Counted from the first letter of the stretch, positions 10,174 through 20,269 are shown. The stretch: 64,000 bases of DNA from a virus (IMGVR_UViG_3300043392_000054:96001-160000); one strand, 5' to 3'. Notes: generated from the letters alone by a model not told the origin. Translations and numbers: made by a program.

Positions 10174-10892
10174 TGAAAGATATTGCAATTTGTTTATTGG
10201 CATTTAAGGCACCAACAAGAGATATGAATGTCTTGGAAACAGAAGCCGATAATTTTTATCTTGAATCTGCAAAAAGACTAATCAAAAGAATCAATAAACA
10301 TTCGACTGCAGGTGTTTGTTTAATGACAAATATACCTTCTTATTTTCAAGATGTAGAAGTTGACATGTTAGTCGAAACTGAAGATGTTACAGCATATACT
10401 GATAAAATCAAAATATGTGAATATGCTTTATATGAATATAAAACAGCATTATATGTAGATTCTGACTGTAGATTTTTTATTGATATGATACCCGAACTAG
10501 ACTGGGAGCCTGGCTTTCATTCAGTTGGTGGTTGGTTTACTAATAATGATACAGCAGATTCTATTAAGTCTATTAGTTATTTTAAGTCAATTAGAGATTA
10601 TTGTGAATTAACAGGTCTTAATTTCGATAAAGCTCCATTGATTAATGAAAGGATGTTTGCAATTACGGGTCGTAAAGAACATAAAGCTTTTTTTGAATTG
10701 TATAAAGAATTAGCAGAAATTACAAAAGCAAATGATATGCAATTAGGTAATTATCCTATTGGCCGAGGGGAGGGTTTAGCAATGGGCCTTTCTATTCTTA
10801 ATTCTAAAATTAAATGGAATGATAAAAGTGATTCTATCATGAAATTGTATTCAACTTTAAGACATAATCCACAAAATGATGAAAATAAGTAG
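10173..10892 (+). CDS. hypothetical GT-like protein
   Basis: LYVDSD (DxD) motif. Confidence 0.4.
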   Translation: MKDIAICLLAFKAPTRDMNVLETEADNFYLESAKRLIKRINKHSTAGVCLMTNIPSYFQDVEVDMLVETEDVTAYTDKIKICEYALYEYKTALYVDSDCRFFIDMIPELDWEPGFHSVGGWFTNNDTADSIKSISYFKSIRDYCELTGLNFDKAPLINERMFAITGRKEHKAFFELYKELAEITKANDMQLGNYPIGRGEGLAMGLSILNSKIKWNDKSDSIMKLYSTLRHNPQNDENK

Positions 10893-10899
10893 TCATTAA

Positions 10900-10931
10900 T
10901 TTTTTTATTTCAAGAATTATAGTTATATTTG
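10900..10931 (+). promoter_or_regulatory. Bacteroidota sigma70-type promoter
   Basis: TATATTTG at 10924-31; 39 nt identical to 13108-13146. Confidence 0.75.
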
Positions 10932-10951
10932 CTTATCAAACAAAATAAAAG

Positions 10952-11800
10952 ATGATAAAATTAGACTTAGTAAACGCAGAAAAATCCGAGATTAAATATA
11001 AAATTAGTCAATTTCCGGATGGACAACAAACTATCGACCTAACGGAATGGAGCGCAATTGAGAGATATACTGACGTAATTCGTATTCATACACGCTTAAG
11101 TTCGTTTAAAGACGTTGAACTTTTAATTTGTGCAACACAAGCACTTCGTAATTTCACAGACCGTCCTATTACCCTATATGCACCTTATTTTTTAGGTTCA
11201 CGTTCAGACCGTAGATTTCAAAAAGGCGGAGTTAATTACTTAAAGCAGGTGATTTGTCCAATTATTAACTCATTGAATTTCGCAGAGGTTGCAGTATTAG
11301 ACCCACATTCAGACGTATTAGAAGCATGTTTAAATAATTATATAAAAGTTCCTAATCATATTATGGTTAAACATGCTCTAAAGGATATTAACGTAGATAA
11401 AAGTCAAATTTGTCTAGTAAGTCCTGATGCTGGAGCCTATAAGAAAATCTTTGATGTTGCAAAAGAATTTGGCATTGAGAAAATTATCACCGCTAATAAA
11501 GTACGTGACATGAAAACCGGAGAGATTCTTCAAACAGAAATTCCAACCCTGGACCAACACAATGATATTAAATATATTGTCATTGACGATATTTGTGATG
11601 GCGGCAGAACTTTTGTAGAATTAGCAAATGCAATCAAATGGGGTAGACCGAGCGCTCAAATTTATTTAGTCGTAACTCATGGCATTTTTAGTGCTGGATA
11701 TACTAAACTAGAAGAGTGTTTTGAAAGCATTTATACCACCAATTCTTACAAAGACATTGAAGGTGCTTCCGATAAAGTAAAACAATTTAATGTATTTTAA
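10952..11800 (+). CDS. prs: ribose-phosphate pyrophosphokinase-like protein (candidate Adps of NARP1)
   Basis: FPDGQ, PYFLGSRSDRRF, VSPDAGA, IVIDDICDGGRTF and VTHGIFS motifs. Confidence 0.88.
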   Translation: MIKLDLVNAEKSEIKYKISQFPDGQQTIDLTEWSAIERYTDVIRIHTRLSSFKDVELLICATQALRNFTDRPITLYAPYFLGSRSDRRFQKGGVNYLKQVICPIINSLNFAEVAVLDPHSDVLEACLNNYIKVPNHIMVKHALKDINVDKSQICLVSPDAGAYKKIFDVAKEFGIEKIITANKVRDMKTGEILQTEIPTLDQHNDIKYIVIDDICDGGRTFVELANAIKWGRPSAQIYLVVTHGIFSAGYTKLEECFESIYTTNSYKDIEGASDKVKQFNVF

Positions 11801-11817
11801 TATAAAATATAAAAACA

Positions 11818-12117
11818 ATGAGACGAACTGGTAAAACAACAAGAATTGCAAATTATGCAATTGACCAACTTCTAAGTTGTGGCAATGTAGTAGTTGCAGA
11901 CCACTCTGCGTTTGAAACGAATTATCCAGCCCATCCACAAGAACATTTAATTAATATGGTACTTGAAATTTGGGATAAATGTTACGCTAAAATATCACCA
12001 AATATTGAAGTAGATGTTAAAATGCATGCACTTCGGGATTTTGATAAATTTATAAGAGTTATTCATTTTAGTTTAAAACATAAAGAACCAATTACTGGCT
12101 CAGAACCTACGTTATGA
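11818..12117 (+). CDS. hypothetical protein
   Basis: 99-aa ORF with an N-terminal RRTGKTT (P-loop-like). Confidence 0.55.
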   Translation: MRRTGKTTRIANYAIDQLLSCGNVVVADHSAFETNYPAHPQEHLINMVLEIWDKCYAKISPNIEVDVKMHALRDFDKFIRVIHFSLKHKEPITGSEPTL

Positions 12118-12635
12118 AATCAATAGAAATTAGTGATGAAATGTATGATAAGCTCATTACACTTGCAACGGAAATGACAACGCAAGACCCAAGAGCTACG
12201 AGAATGCCATATCTTTTTCAAATCAGAGATTGGAAACGTGTTTATGATTGGGATTTAAATGGAAATACAACATGTTGGGTAGATACCAATGGTGATTTTT
12301 GTGTTGTAGAAACTTTAGAAGATTTAAAAGATTATTTAGAAAGATATGGCATTATTCCACCTGAAAATCTAGAAGAATTATGGGAAGATAGTTATAATAT
12401 GCAAGATTGGATTGAAGAGAACTGTGAAGATTTACAAGAATGTTCATATTCAATGGAACCAGTTTATATAAATTCATTCTTAACAGCGAAGGCAGCGCAA
12501 GCACATTTAGATTTAAATGATTATCATTATCATAAAGACGCTGATGTCTATTTGAATCATGCTTGGAGAAATCCAGAAGCAGAATTAGTTTCAGAATTTT
12601 TATGTAGTTTAGTTAATAAAAAAATGCACACTTAA
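12114..12635 (+). CDS. hypothetical protein
   Basis: 173-aa acidic ORF. Confidence 0.65.
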   Translation: MKSIEISDEMYDKLITLATEMTTQDPRATRMPYLFQIRDWKRVYDWDLNGNTTCWVDTNGDFCVVETLEDLKDYLERYGIIPPENLEELWEDSYNMQDWIEENCEDLQECSYSMEPVYINSFLTAKAAQAHLDLNDYHYHKDADVYLNHAWRNPEAELVSEFLCSLVNKKMHT

Positions 12636-12649
12636 AAAAATAAAAAAAG

Positions 12650-12925
12650 ATGGCAATAGGACCAGAACAATTACGTGAAAATTTCATGAAAGAAGTTAAT
12701 GAGTTTGAAGAAATAATAGATTCAAAATTGTTAAAATCTAAATTACAAGGTAAAATCATGATTGATGCTCCAAATGGAATGACAGCATCGCACTTTATAA
12801 TTTTAAAGGACAGATATTTAAAGGCAGGTTGGGATGTGGTTAAACAAGAATTTGGAAACCAGAGAGACCCATGTAATTTAATTGTATTTGGACTAAACTT
12901 TTTCGAGGAAAATGGCACACGCTAA
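12650..12925 (+). CDS. hypothetical protein
   Basis: 91-aa ORF in operon. Confidence 0.6.
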   Translation: MAIGPEQLRENFMKEVNEFEEIIDSKLLKSKLQGKIMIDAPNGMTASHFIILKDRYLKAGWDVVKQEFGNQRDPCNLIVFGLNFFEENGTR

Positions 12926-13100
12926 ACTTCACATGATTTGTGGCAACTGTGGTCAAAATGACATGTTTGACTATCACATTTCTACGGAAATCGATGATGA
13001 CACTGATGAGGAATATCAAGTAGTTTATATCGGTTGCAATAACTGTAATACCCTACACGTCTTAGATGATAACGCAGAATTAATTAAAGAAAATAATTAG
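12912..13100 (+). CDS. small Zn-ribbon protein
   Basis: CGNC...CNNC. Confidence 0.6.
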   Translation: MAHAKLHMICGNCGQNDMFDYHISTEIDDDTDEEYQVVYIGCNNCNTLHVLDDNAELIKENN

Positions 13101-13107
13101 TCAAATA

Positions 13108-13139
13108 TTTTTTTATTTCAAGAATTATAGTTATATTTG
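13108..13139 (+). promoter_or_regulatory. Bacteroidota sigma70-type promoter
   Basis: TATATTTG at 13132-39; identical to the prs promoter. Confidence 0.75.
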
Positions 13140-13160
13140 CTTATCATAAAAACATAAGAT

Positions 13161-13226
13161 ATGAATCCTTTATTTTTAACAGATGGTTACATTATCAGAA
13201 GGATACAAAACCTAACAATAAATTAG
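13161..13226 (+). pseudogene. orphan 5' remnant of NAMPT
   Basis: Encodes MNPLFLTDGY, identical to the 10 NAMPT residues at 14005-14034, then 11 unrelated codons and TAG. Confidence 0.85.
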
Positions 13227-13250
13227 ATATATAAATAAAAACAAATCTTT

Positions 13251-13988
13251 ATGAATTTTTATATTTATAAAATTACTAATTTGATTAATGATAAGATTTA
13301 TATTGGTAAAAGAAAAACTAATAAACTTATCGCAGAAGACGATTATTTTGGTTCTGGCGTGTTAATATTGAAAGCCATTGAAAAATATAAATTAGAGAAT
13401 TTTAAAAAGGAAATATTAGAAGAATGCACTGAAGAATCAATTAATGATAGAGAAATTTATTGGATTAATGTTTATAATTCAAATGACTTAAATGCTGGTT
13501 ATAACATATCTAGCGGCGGTGATGGTGGAGATTTAATATCTAATCATCCAAACCGAGAGGAAATTAGAGAAAGAATAAACAATTCTCTTAAAAATAGAGA
13601 ATTTACAGAAGAGCATAGAAAAAAATTATCAGAATCTAAACAAGGTGGTAAAAATCCAATGTATGGTACAAATCTTACTGAAGAAGAAAAAATACATTTA
13701 AGCACTTTGATAAAAGGTAGAAAAATGTCAAATCAATTTAAAGAAAATGTTTCTAAAGGTAAAAAAGGAGTTAAATTCACAGAAGAACATAAAGCTAATC
13801 TATCTAAGAATCATGCAGATTTTAAAGGTTATAAGCACTCTGAACAAAGTAAAGCAAATATGAGTGCAGCCAAAAAAGGAGCTATTTTAAATAAACCACA
13901 TGAATGTAAAAATTGTGGAAGATTTATATCAAGTATTCATAATTTAAACAAACACTATAATAAATGTATAACTATTAAAAATAAATAA
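13251..13988 (+). mobile_element. free-standing GIY-YIG homing endonuclease with NUMOD3 repeats
   Basis: YIYKITNLINDKIYIG, YFGSG, GYN motifs; repeated HRKKLSES/HKANLSKN. Confidence 0.9.
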
Positions 13989-13989
13989 A

Positions 13990-15516
13990 ATGAGTACAAT
14001 ATCAATGAATCCATTATTTCTTACAGACGGTTATAAATGTGGACATAGAGAACAATATCCTAAAGGAACCACTTTAGTTTATTCAAACTTCACACCTCGC
14101 AGTAACAAGTATGCTCCGAAAGGATGTGAACAGGTAGTTTCATTTGGACAGCAAATGGTTGTACAACAAATTCACGAAGCATTTCAAAATGAATTCTTTA
14201 GTAAACCAAAAGATGAAGTTTGTGGTGAAATGAAACGCGAGTTATCATTGTACTTAGGTACTGATTATGATGTATCACATTTTGAAGCTCTACACGACCT
14301 AGGTTACTTACCTATCAATGTTAAAGCAATTGAAGAGGGAACATTAGTACCAATCAAAGTACCGGTATTAACAATTTACAATACACATCCTGATTTCTAT
14401 TGGGTAACAAATTACTTAGAGACAATTATCTCTAATTTGTTATGGAAGCCAATGACGTCAGCTACAATCGCTCACACATACAGAAAAATATTGACTAAAT
14501 GGCAAGAAAAAACAGATGCTGAACGCGGATGGTTTATTGATTGGCAAGGACATGACTTCTCAATGCGTGGTATGGATTCAGTTGACGCTGTTATTAGCTC
14601 AGGATTAGGTCACTTAACATCATTTAGTGGAACTGATTCATTACCTACATTGTATGGTGCTAGAAAATACTATGGAGAAACTGGATTTGTAGGTGGTAGT
14701 GTTAATGCAACTGAGCATAGTGTAATGTGCGCTGGTGGTTCTGACGATGAGGTAGGTACATTCAGACGTTTAATTGAAACATATCCAACCGGTATTTTAT
14801 CAATTGTATCAGATACATGGGACTTATGGAAAGTTTGCACTGAGCACGTAGCTACTCTTAAAGAAGAGATTTTAGCACGTGATGGTAAATTGGTTATTCG
14901 TCCTGATTCAGGCGACCCTGTAGATATTCTATGTGGAGAACCAATTATATCTCGTGATTATAGAGATGTTGTTGAAAACGCACAATTAGATTTAACACAT
15001 CCGAAATATAAAGGAGTTATCGAATTACTTTGGGATGTATTTGGTGGAACAATCAACGAACAAGGTTACAAAGTATTAGATTCTCATATTGGAGCCATTT
15101 ATGGTGACTCAATTACAATCGACAGGGCCGATGAAATTTGTAAGCGATTAGAAGCAAAAGGTTTCGCATCTACAAACGTTGTATTAGGTATTGGTTCATT
15201 CACATATCAATTTAATACTCGTGACACATTTGGTTTCGCAATGAAAGCAACCTATGTTGAGGTAAATAAACCTAAATTTAATGGTGATTTTAATCCTGAA
15301 GGTAGAGAAATCTTCAAAGACCCAATCACAGATGATGGAACTAAAAAATCAGCAACTGGGTTATTATTTGTCGGGAGAAATGATAATCTGGACATTGCTT
15401 TATATGATAGAGTAGATTGGTTATCTGAAAGTATGGGATTACTTCAACCCATTTACAAAGATGGTGAATTCTATAACGAAACAACATTAACTCAAATTCG
15501 TGAACGCTTAAAGTAA
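13990..15516 (+). CDS. nadV: nicotinamide phosphoribosyltransferase-like protein (candidate Namat)
   Basis: LTDGYK, HDFSMRG, ATEHSVM, SIVSDTWD, IRPDSGDP, YGDSIT and KKSATG motifs. Confidence 0.92.
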   Translation: MSTISMNPLFLTDGYKCGHREQYPKGTTLVYSNFTPRSNKYAPKGCEQVVSFGQQMVVQQIHEAFQNEFFSKPKDEVCGEMKRELSLYLGTDYDVSHFEALHDLGYLPINVKAIEEGTLVPIKVPVLTIYNTHPDFYWVTNYLETIISNLLWKPMTSATIAHTYRKILTKWQEKTDAERGWFIDWQGHDFSMRGMDSVDAVISSGLGHLTSFSGTDSLPTLYGARKYYGETGFVGGSVNATEHSVMCAGGSDDEVGTFRRLIETYPTGILSIVSDTWDLWKVCTEHVATLKEEILARDGKLVIRPDSGDPVDILCGEPIISRDYRDVVENAQLDLTHPKYKGVIELLWDVFGGTINEQGYKVLDSHIGAIYGDSITIDRADEICKRLEAKGFASTNVVLGIGSFTYQFNTRDTFGFAMKATYVEVNKPKFNGDFNPEGREIFKDPITDDGTKKSATGLLFVGRNDNLDIALYDRVDWLSESMGLLQPIYKDGEFYNETTLTQIRERLK

Positions 15517-15522
15517 GCATAA

Positions 15523-16161
15523 ATGAAAGTAATATTCCTAGATATAGACGGGGTGATGAATTCCAGGGTCTTTTATGAACAGAGACATCGCCAGAGATGG
15601 AGAAAACCAATCACTTGGTGGTGGGATTTAAAGAGCCTATTTAGAAAAATATTTGGAATCAAATCCAACGGAGTTTCTATGGCAGATTATAAAACGCCTA
15701 GAGACTTTTACACCTTTGATTATCAATTTGAAAGATTGGCAGAGGAAACTTGCCCTCAAAAGTGGAGATGGTTAAGTAGATGGTGTAATGAAACCGGCAC
15801 AAAGATTTGTATCTCATCGGTTTGGAAAAATCATTTTGCTGAGAACGTTTACGTATCAGCTCCTGAACGATGGGAAAAGGCCCTGGTAAGACTTGGCTTC
15901 AAGTCCGGAACCTATGTAGGAATTACAGGTGAGAGAAGAACCTTAAGAGGTGAAGAGATTCAAGAGTGGTTGGATGTGCATCCTGAAGTCGAAGACTATG
16001 CAATCCTAGATGATGATTCAGATATGCTGACAGAACAATTTGCAAAGTTTTATCATTCAGACCCTTGGTTCGGCCTAACGCCGAACCACTTATATAGAAT
16101 TGAAAGACAATTTAGCAAACTAAACAATTACGAACATCTTAATATAACCAGAAAAAAATGA
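15523..16161 (+). CDS. HAD-domain protein (Swiss-army-knife RNA-repair type)
   Basis: FLDIDGV, ISSVW, RGEEIQEWL and YAILDDDSD motifs. Confidence 0.8.
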   Translation: MKVIFLDIDGVMNSRVFYEQRHRQRWRKPITWWWDLKSLFRKIFGIKSNGVSMADYKTPRDFYTFDYQFERLAEETCPQKWRWLSRWCNETGTKICISSVWKNHFAENVYVSAPERWEKALVRLGFKSGTYVGITGERRTLRGEEIQEWLDVHPEVEDYAILDDDSDMLTEQFAKFYHSDPWFGLTPNHLYRIERQFSKLNNYEHLNITRKK

Positions 16162-16754
16162 AAGTAATATTTTTAGACCACGATGGTGTGATTTGCCTCT
16201 CTAGCGAATGGGGCACTCGTCACAAGAAGCAGGAGGCCGCACGTAGAAAATTGAGTCAATCAGTCATGGCATTACCAGTTCTGGCTAGATACGATGACTT
16301 TAATAAGGAGGCGATTCAGGTCCTGAACGAGATTCTGGAAGAGACCGGAGCTGAGATCGTAGTTAGCTCAGATTGGAAGCGATGGGCGGATGTCGAGGAG
16401 ATGGGAGAATACTACTTATCACAGGGCATTATTAAGAAGCCGATTGACTTTACACCTTACTGTTCAGATTTACAGCGAGAGGGTAGAATTCCAGACTATG
16501 ATAATTTCAAGTGGAATCGAAGTGAAGATTTAGAACAAGAGAGACACTTTGAAATCTTAGACTGGTTAAGCCGACATCCGGAGGTGACTCATTGGGTTGC
16601 GGTCGATGACTTACACATGGGCATTCATGTTGAGAATAGCAGTTACGGACCGTTTGACAGGGACTGGGGTCTTCAAAACTTTGTCTGGACACCTCAAAAT
16701 AATGAAGGCATCAAACAACCCGGAGTAAAAGAAAAAATATTGAATTTTTTATAA
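16158..16754 (+). CDS. HAD-domain protein (SAK type)
   Basis: FLDHDGV, VSSDW and WVAVDDL motifs. Confidence 0.8.
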   Translation: MKVIFLDHDGVICLSSEWGTRHKKQEAARRKLSQSVMALPVLARYDDFNKEAIQVLNEILEETGAEIVVSSDWKRWADVEEMGEYYLSQGIIKKPIDFTPYCSDLQREGRIPDYDNFKWNRSEDLEQERHFEILDWLSRHPEVTHWVAVDDLHMGIHVENSSYGPFDRDWGLQNFVWTPQNNEGIKQPGVKEKILNFL

Positions 16755-16769
16755 AATAATTAGCCCGAA

Positions 16770-16803
16770 TATTTTTTTATTTGGGCTTTTTTAGTTATAT
16801 TTA
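16770..16803 (+). promoter_or_regulatory. Bacteroidota sigma70-type promoter
   Basis: TATATTTA at 16796-803. Confidence 0.65.
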
Positions 16804-16825
16804 CAGTATACTAATAAACAAAGTT

Positions 16826-17083
16826 ATGGAATTTTATCTTGGATTCGAACAAACACCAAAACGTAAATACGTTAAACGCGAAAAGTTAATTAAAGGTTCA
16901 CCTAAATACAAATTAATCAAAGAATATCCCGGTTCTAAACCATTGGGTACAATATTTGTACATGTTGAAGGTCATTTATGTTATGGAACGGAATATACAC
17001 CCGGTTTATATGAATACAATACAATGTGGGAACCTGAGTATTTTGCAAATTGGGTAGGTGAATATTATAAAATAATTAAATAA
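16826..17083 (+). CDS. hypothetical protein
   Basis: ATG at 16826 after promoter and A-rich leader. Confidence 0.6.
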   Translation: MEFYLGFEQTPKRKYVKREKLIKGSPKYKLIKEYPGSKPLGTIFVHVEGHLCYGTEYTPGLYEYNTMWEPEYFANWVGEYYKIIK

Positions 17084-17090
17084 TAAAGTC

Positions 17091-17264
17091 ATGATAGAAT
17101 ACTTTGAATACTACCAATTACATTTAACAGACGGAAAAATTATTACAGGTCTAACTGAAGAGGAAGCCAAAATTCGTAGAGAATCTGGTTTATCTCCTGA
17201 AGAATTTCTAGTAGGACCTTATACTGGAATGAGAAATAAAGAAGATGAAAAAGAACAAGCCTAA
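17091..17264 (+). CDS. small hypothetical protein (57 aa, not in ORF track)
   Basis: MIEYFEYYQLHLTDG...; fills the gap in the operon. Confidence 0.5.
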   Translation: MIEYFEYYQLHLTDGKIITGLTEEEAKIRRESGLSPEEFLVGPYTGMRNKEDEKEQA

Positions 17265-17372
17265 TCCAAAATTAAATGGCCTTACTGACCGACACGTTGC
17301 GCAAATCATTAGACGTAAGATGATTCAAAAAGACCACGGCGATAAGAACAAGTATAATAGAAAAGACAAATC

Positions 17373-17612
17373 ATGGAAAAAACAGCAATGATGCAAATGT
17401 TGGAGTGGGTAAGAAAAACCTTTCCAATGGACTTAGATACACCAAGAATGATTGAAGAAAAAATTGAATCATTATTAAAGGTGGAGAAAGAGCAGATAAT
17501 GAATGCTTGGGATAAAGGAGATTGCTGTATCGACTTACCTAATGGAGATTGGGAGCAAAAATATAAATCTGCAGAAGAATATTACAACAAAATTTACGGC
17601 AATGATAAATAA
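17373..17612 (+). CDS. hypothetical protein
   Basis: 79 aa; EKEQIMNAW..AEEYY motif typical of small phage proteins. Confidence 0.65.
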   Translation: MEKTAMMQMLEWVRKTFPMDLDTPRMIEEKIESLLKVEKEQIMNAWDKGDCCIDLPNGDWEQKYKSAEEYYNKIYGNDK

Positions 17613-18201
17613 TCTAGAGCTTATTAAGCCCCTTTTAAACTTCGATAATGAAGGTGACTTCTATATGCTGTATATCTTTAAGCGTAAGAAAGACCAACCC
17701 GAAGGAGAACGCGACAATCACCAGTCAGTAAGAACTATTAAGACTTACTGTATTGATAGCGTTGAATACTTAGAGAAGAGATATGATGAGATTCAGCAAC
17801 TCTGTGAAATGTTTAAGGCCAGAGCATACATCCATATTCAGAAACAGAATCACAAGGATGTCGCGATGAATATGATTACCGAGATTGTTAATCGTATTCA
17901 ATCAGGTCAAATTAATCAAAAACACGTATTTGATTCCGTAGTTGGTCAAATTAAAACTCAAGAGAAGAGATGGATTGCGGATATTGATACTAAAGAAAAT
18001 GGAATTGAAAATCTAATCAGTAATGAAATCTATCAATTAAGACCTGTTGGTCCAAAGGTAGAAGCTATTATTCCAACTAAGAGTGGTTTTCATCTAATCA
18101 CTAAAAGATTTGATGTACAGGAGTTTAAGAAGCAATACCCCGACATTGACATACAAAAGAAGAACCCAACGGTTTTGTATATTCCACAATCGTTGATGTA
18201 A
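17602..18201 (+). CDS. conserved phage protein with AEP primase-polymerase-like motifs
   Basis: WIADID (DxD) and PTKSGFHL; start placed at ATG 17602. Confidence 0.5.
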   Translation: MINNLELIKPLLNFDNEGDFYMLYIFKRKKDQPEGERDNHQSVRTIKTYCIDSVEYLEKRYDEIQQLCEMFKARAYIHIQKQNHKDVAMNMITEIVNRIQSGQINQKHVFDSVVGQIKTQEKRWIADIDTKENGIENLISNEIYQLRPVGPKVEAIIPTKSGFHLITKRFDVQEFKKQYPDIDIQKKNPTVLYIPQSLM

Positions 18202-18209
18202 AAAAATAT

Positions 18210-18749
18210 ATGGAAACAAGTATAATTTTTATAGACATTGATGGACCTTTAGCCTGGGCGACTTGGAATGAAGGTCGAGTTACGTTGCGAGAGGATACTC
18301 AATTTGAATTTAGGATACCATACCCATGGGTTAAAGAGGATTGTAAAGCATTACAAGAAATATGTGATGAAACTGATGCATCTTTAGTAATTAGTTCAGA
18401 TTGGAAAAAACATTATAGCATCATTCAATTAAGACATATATTCCGACATTATGGCATTACAGCACCTATTATAGACATAACTACTCATCAAGTTCTATGG
18501 AAAAAACTAAGTAGATGTTCTATTGATTGGGAAAGAGCTGCTGAAATCAAGAAATGGGCAAAAGACAACAAAGTTTCTAATTGGATTGCAATCGATGACC
18601 TAAATTTAGCAAAAGAATTTAAATGGTTAGGGATTCCGCAATGGAGACATATTAGAGTTGACGGTGATTTTGGTCACGGTGGTAGATTAAGAGATAAAGT
18701 TGATGAATGTATTAAAAAACTAAACAAAAAACAAAATGAAAGTAATTAA
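18210..18749 (+). CDS. HAD-domain protein (SAK type)
   Basis: FIDIDGPL, ISSDW and WIAIDDL motifs. Confidence 0.8.
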   Translation: METSIIFIDIDGPLAWATWNEGRVTLREDTQFEFRIPYPWVKEDCKALQEICDETDASLVISSDWKKHYSIIQLRHIFRHYGITAPIIDITTHQVLWKKLSRCSIDWERAAEIKKWAKDNKVSNWIAIDDLNLAKEFKWLGIPQWRHIRVDGDFGHGGRLRDKVDECIKKLNKKQNESN

Positions 18750-18999
18750 AATCTTTGCAATTCTTACTGTTGTATTGTTATCTTCATGTGGCGAGAGTAA
18801 ACCAAATGTTAAACGCGTGTATAAGTATAAAGTCGGAGATGTAGTTTCATTGAAACCAGATGGACAACGAGCTACAATAATGGCACGCTACAATGTTAGT
18901 GATTATTATGACTATGTTGTAAAATATTATGTCGCAGACGATGAAAGATACTCCGAAGATTTAATTAAAGAGTTTGAAATTTTTAATAAGGTACAATAA
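18736..18999 (+). CDS. putative lipoprotein
   Basis: LLSSC lipobox after a hydrophobic N-terminus. Confidence 0.55.
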   Translation: MKVIKIFAILTVVLLSSCGESKPNVKRVYKYKVGDVVSLKPDGQRATIMARYNVSDYYDYVVKYYVADDERYSEDLIKEFEIFNKVQ

Positions 19000-19002
19000 G
19001 AT

Positions 19003-19887
19003 ATGAGTTTAATTCCTGATTTTGATGAAGGTAAATATGTTCCGTTTAATAGAACGGATGATATTCATTTTAAACAGGTCTTTGAAGGAATTCCCAAGTC
19101 CATCATGAAATTCAATAAGGATAAATTCTTGATGGATTTAATTGATGACGATGATAGTGACTTGGGTAAAATTGAAGGAGAGGCAAAAGCCCGTGGGGGT
19201 GGATATGCAAAAAATCTAAGGTACTCTATTTACAATCCGAAACAGGCTAAATTTATCATAGAATATTTCACAGAACCGGGTTATACAATATTAGACCCAT
19301 TTTCTGGCCGTGGAACCAGAATGATGACCTCTTTGTATTTAAGTAGAAATTACAGAGGATATGATACTTCATCTGAAACTATTAAACTAAATCAAGACTT
19401 ATTAGAAAAAAAGAAGGGACTTTTAAATTCTAATTTTAAATGTGACTTAATTCATGGAGATGGAACTAAACTTTTGTATGAAGAATTAAATTCAGTCGAT
19501 GCAGTTTTCAGTTGTCCTCCATATTATGAGATTGAGCAATATTCTGGAGAAGAAGGCGATATTAGTATGCTTAAACCAGATGCGTTTGACCAGCAAATAG
19601 AAAGTATGTTTGAAAATCTTTATACGGTTATTAAGACTTCAAACTATGCAGATAAAAAATATCATCCGGTTATATTTACAGTTGGTACAATTAGAAGAGG
19701 CAAAGAAGGCGTGGTAGATATGGATTTTAAATTTCAGCAAGCAGCATATAAAGCTGGCTTTGTTTTATATGATAAATTGTTTACTGAAAATAATACACCG
19801 GGTGCAGGTTTTACATTTAGAAGAAACTACCAATGCGGATTTTTAACTAAATCTCATGAAACTACTCTGGTTTTTATGAAATTTTAA
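19003..19887 (+). CDS. DNA amino-methyltransferase (N4C/N6A type)
   Basis: LDPFSGRGT SAM motif and FSCPPYY catalytic motif. Confidence 0.8.
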   Translation: MSLIPDFDEGKYVPFNRTDDIHFKQVFEGIPKSIMKFNKDKFLMDLIDDDDSDLGKIEGEAKARGGGYAKNLRYSIYNPKQAKFIIEYFTEPGYTILDPFSGRGTRMMTSLYLSRNYRGYDTSSETIKLNQDLLEKKKGLLNSNFKCDLIHGDGTKLLYEELNSVDAVFSCPPYYEIEQYSGEEGDISMLKPDAFDQQIESMFENLYTVIKTSNYADKKYHPVIFTVGTIRRGKEGVVDMDFKFQQAAYKAGFVLYDKLFTENNTPGAGFTFRRNYQCGFLTKSHETTLVFMKF

Positions 19888-19914
19888 TTTATATTTAAGA
19901 ATAATTAGTTAAAA

Positions 19915-19948
19915 GTTTTTTTATTCTCAAATCTTTTAGTTATATTTA
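19915..19948 (+). promoter_or_regulatory. Bacteroidota sigma70-type promoter
   Basis: TATATTTA at 19941-48. Confidence 0.65.
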
Positions 19949-19982
19949 CAGTATAATAATAAGAAACAATAATAACAAGAAA

Positions 19983-20249
19983 ATGATAAAAGGAGATAAT
20001 ATGTCAAACGCCCAATCTTGGGAACTTGAGATTGTGTGTAAAAATAAAAAATACCTTGATGCAGTTGTATCGGCAGTATTGAAGCGCGGTCTGATTAGTT
20101 TTGAAGTTGAAATTGTTGAGTTTTTTACTAATCATGATGGGTCAATTGATGGCAGGTATCTTGTTTTGATGTGGAGTAGTTGGTTTAATAATTTATCACC
20201 ATTAGCCGCTGATTTACAAAAAATAGAAGAAGAATTAGATGATTTTTAA
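19983..20249 (+). CDS. hypothetical protein
   Basis: 88-aa ORF. Confidence 0.6.
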   Translation: MIKGDNMSNAQSWELEIVCKNKKYLDAVVSAVLKRGLISFEVEIVEFFTNHDGSIDGRYLVLMWSSWFNNLSPLAADLQKIEEELDDF

Positions 20250-20269
20250 AATATCTAAACAACAAAAAA

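Noticed and set aside
13161-14004. Group I intron interrupting NAMPT
   Set aside because: Only about 60 nt of AT-rich sequence lies outside the HEG ORF, no P3-P7 core is visible, and the downstream gene has its own complete start.
1062-19887. Restriction-modification pair (PD-(D/E)xK ORF + methyltransferase)
   Set aside because: The genes are about 17 kb apart and in different transcription units; nothing links them.
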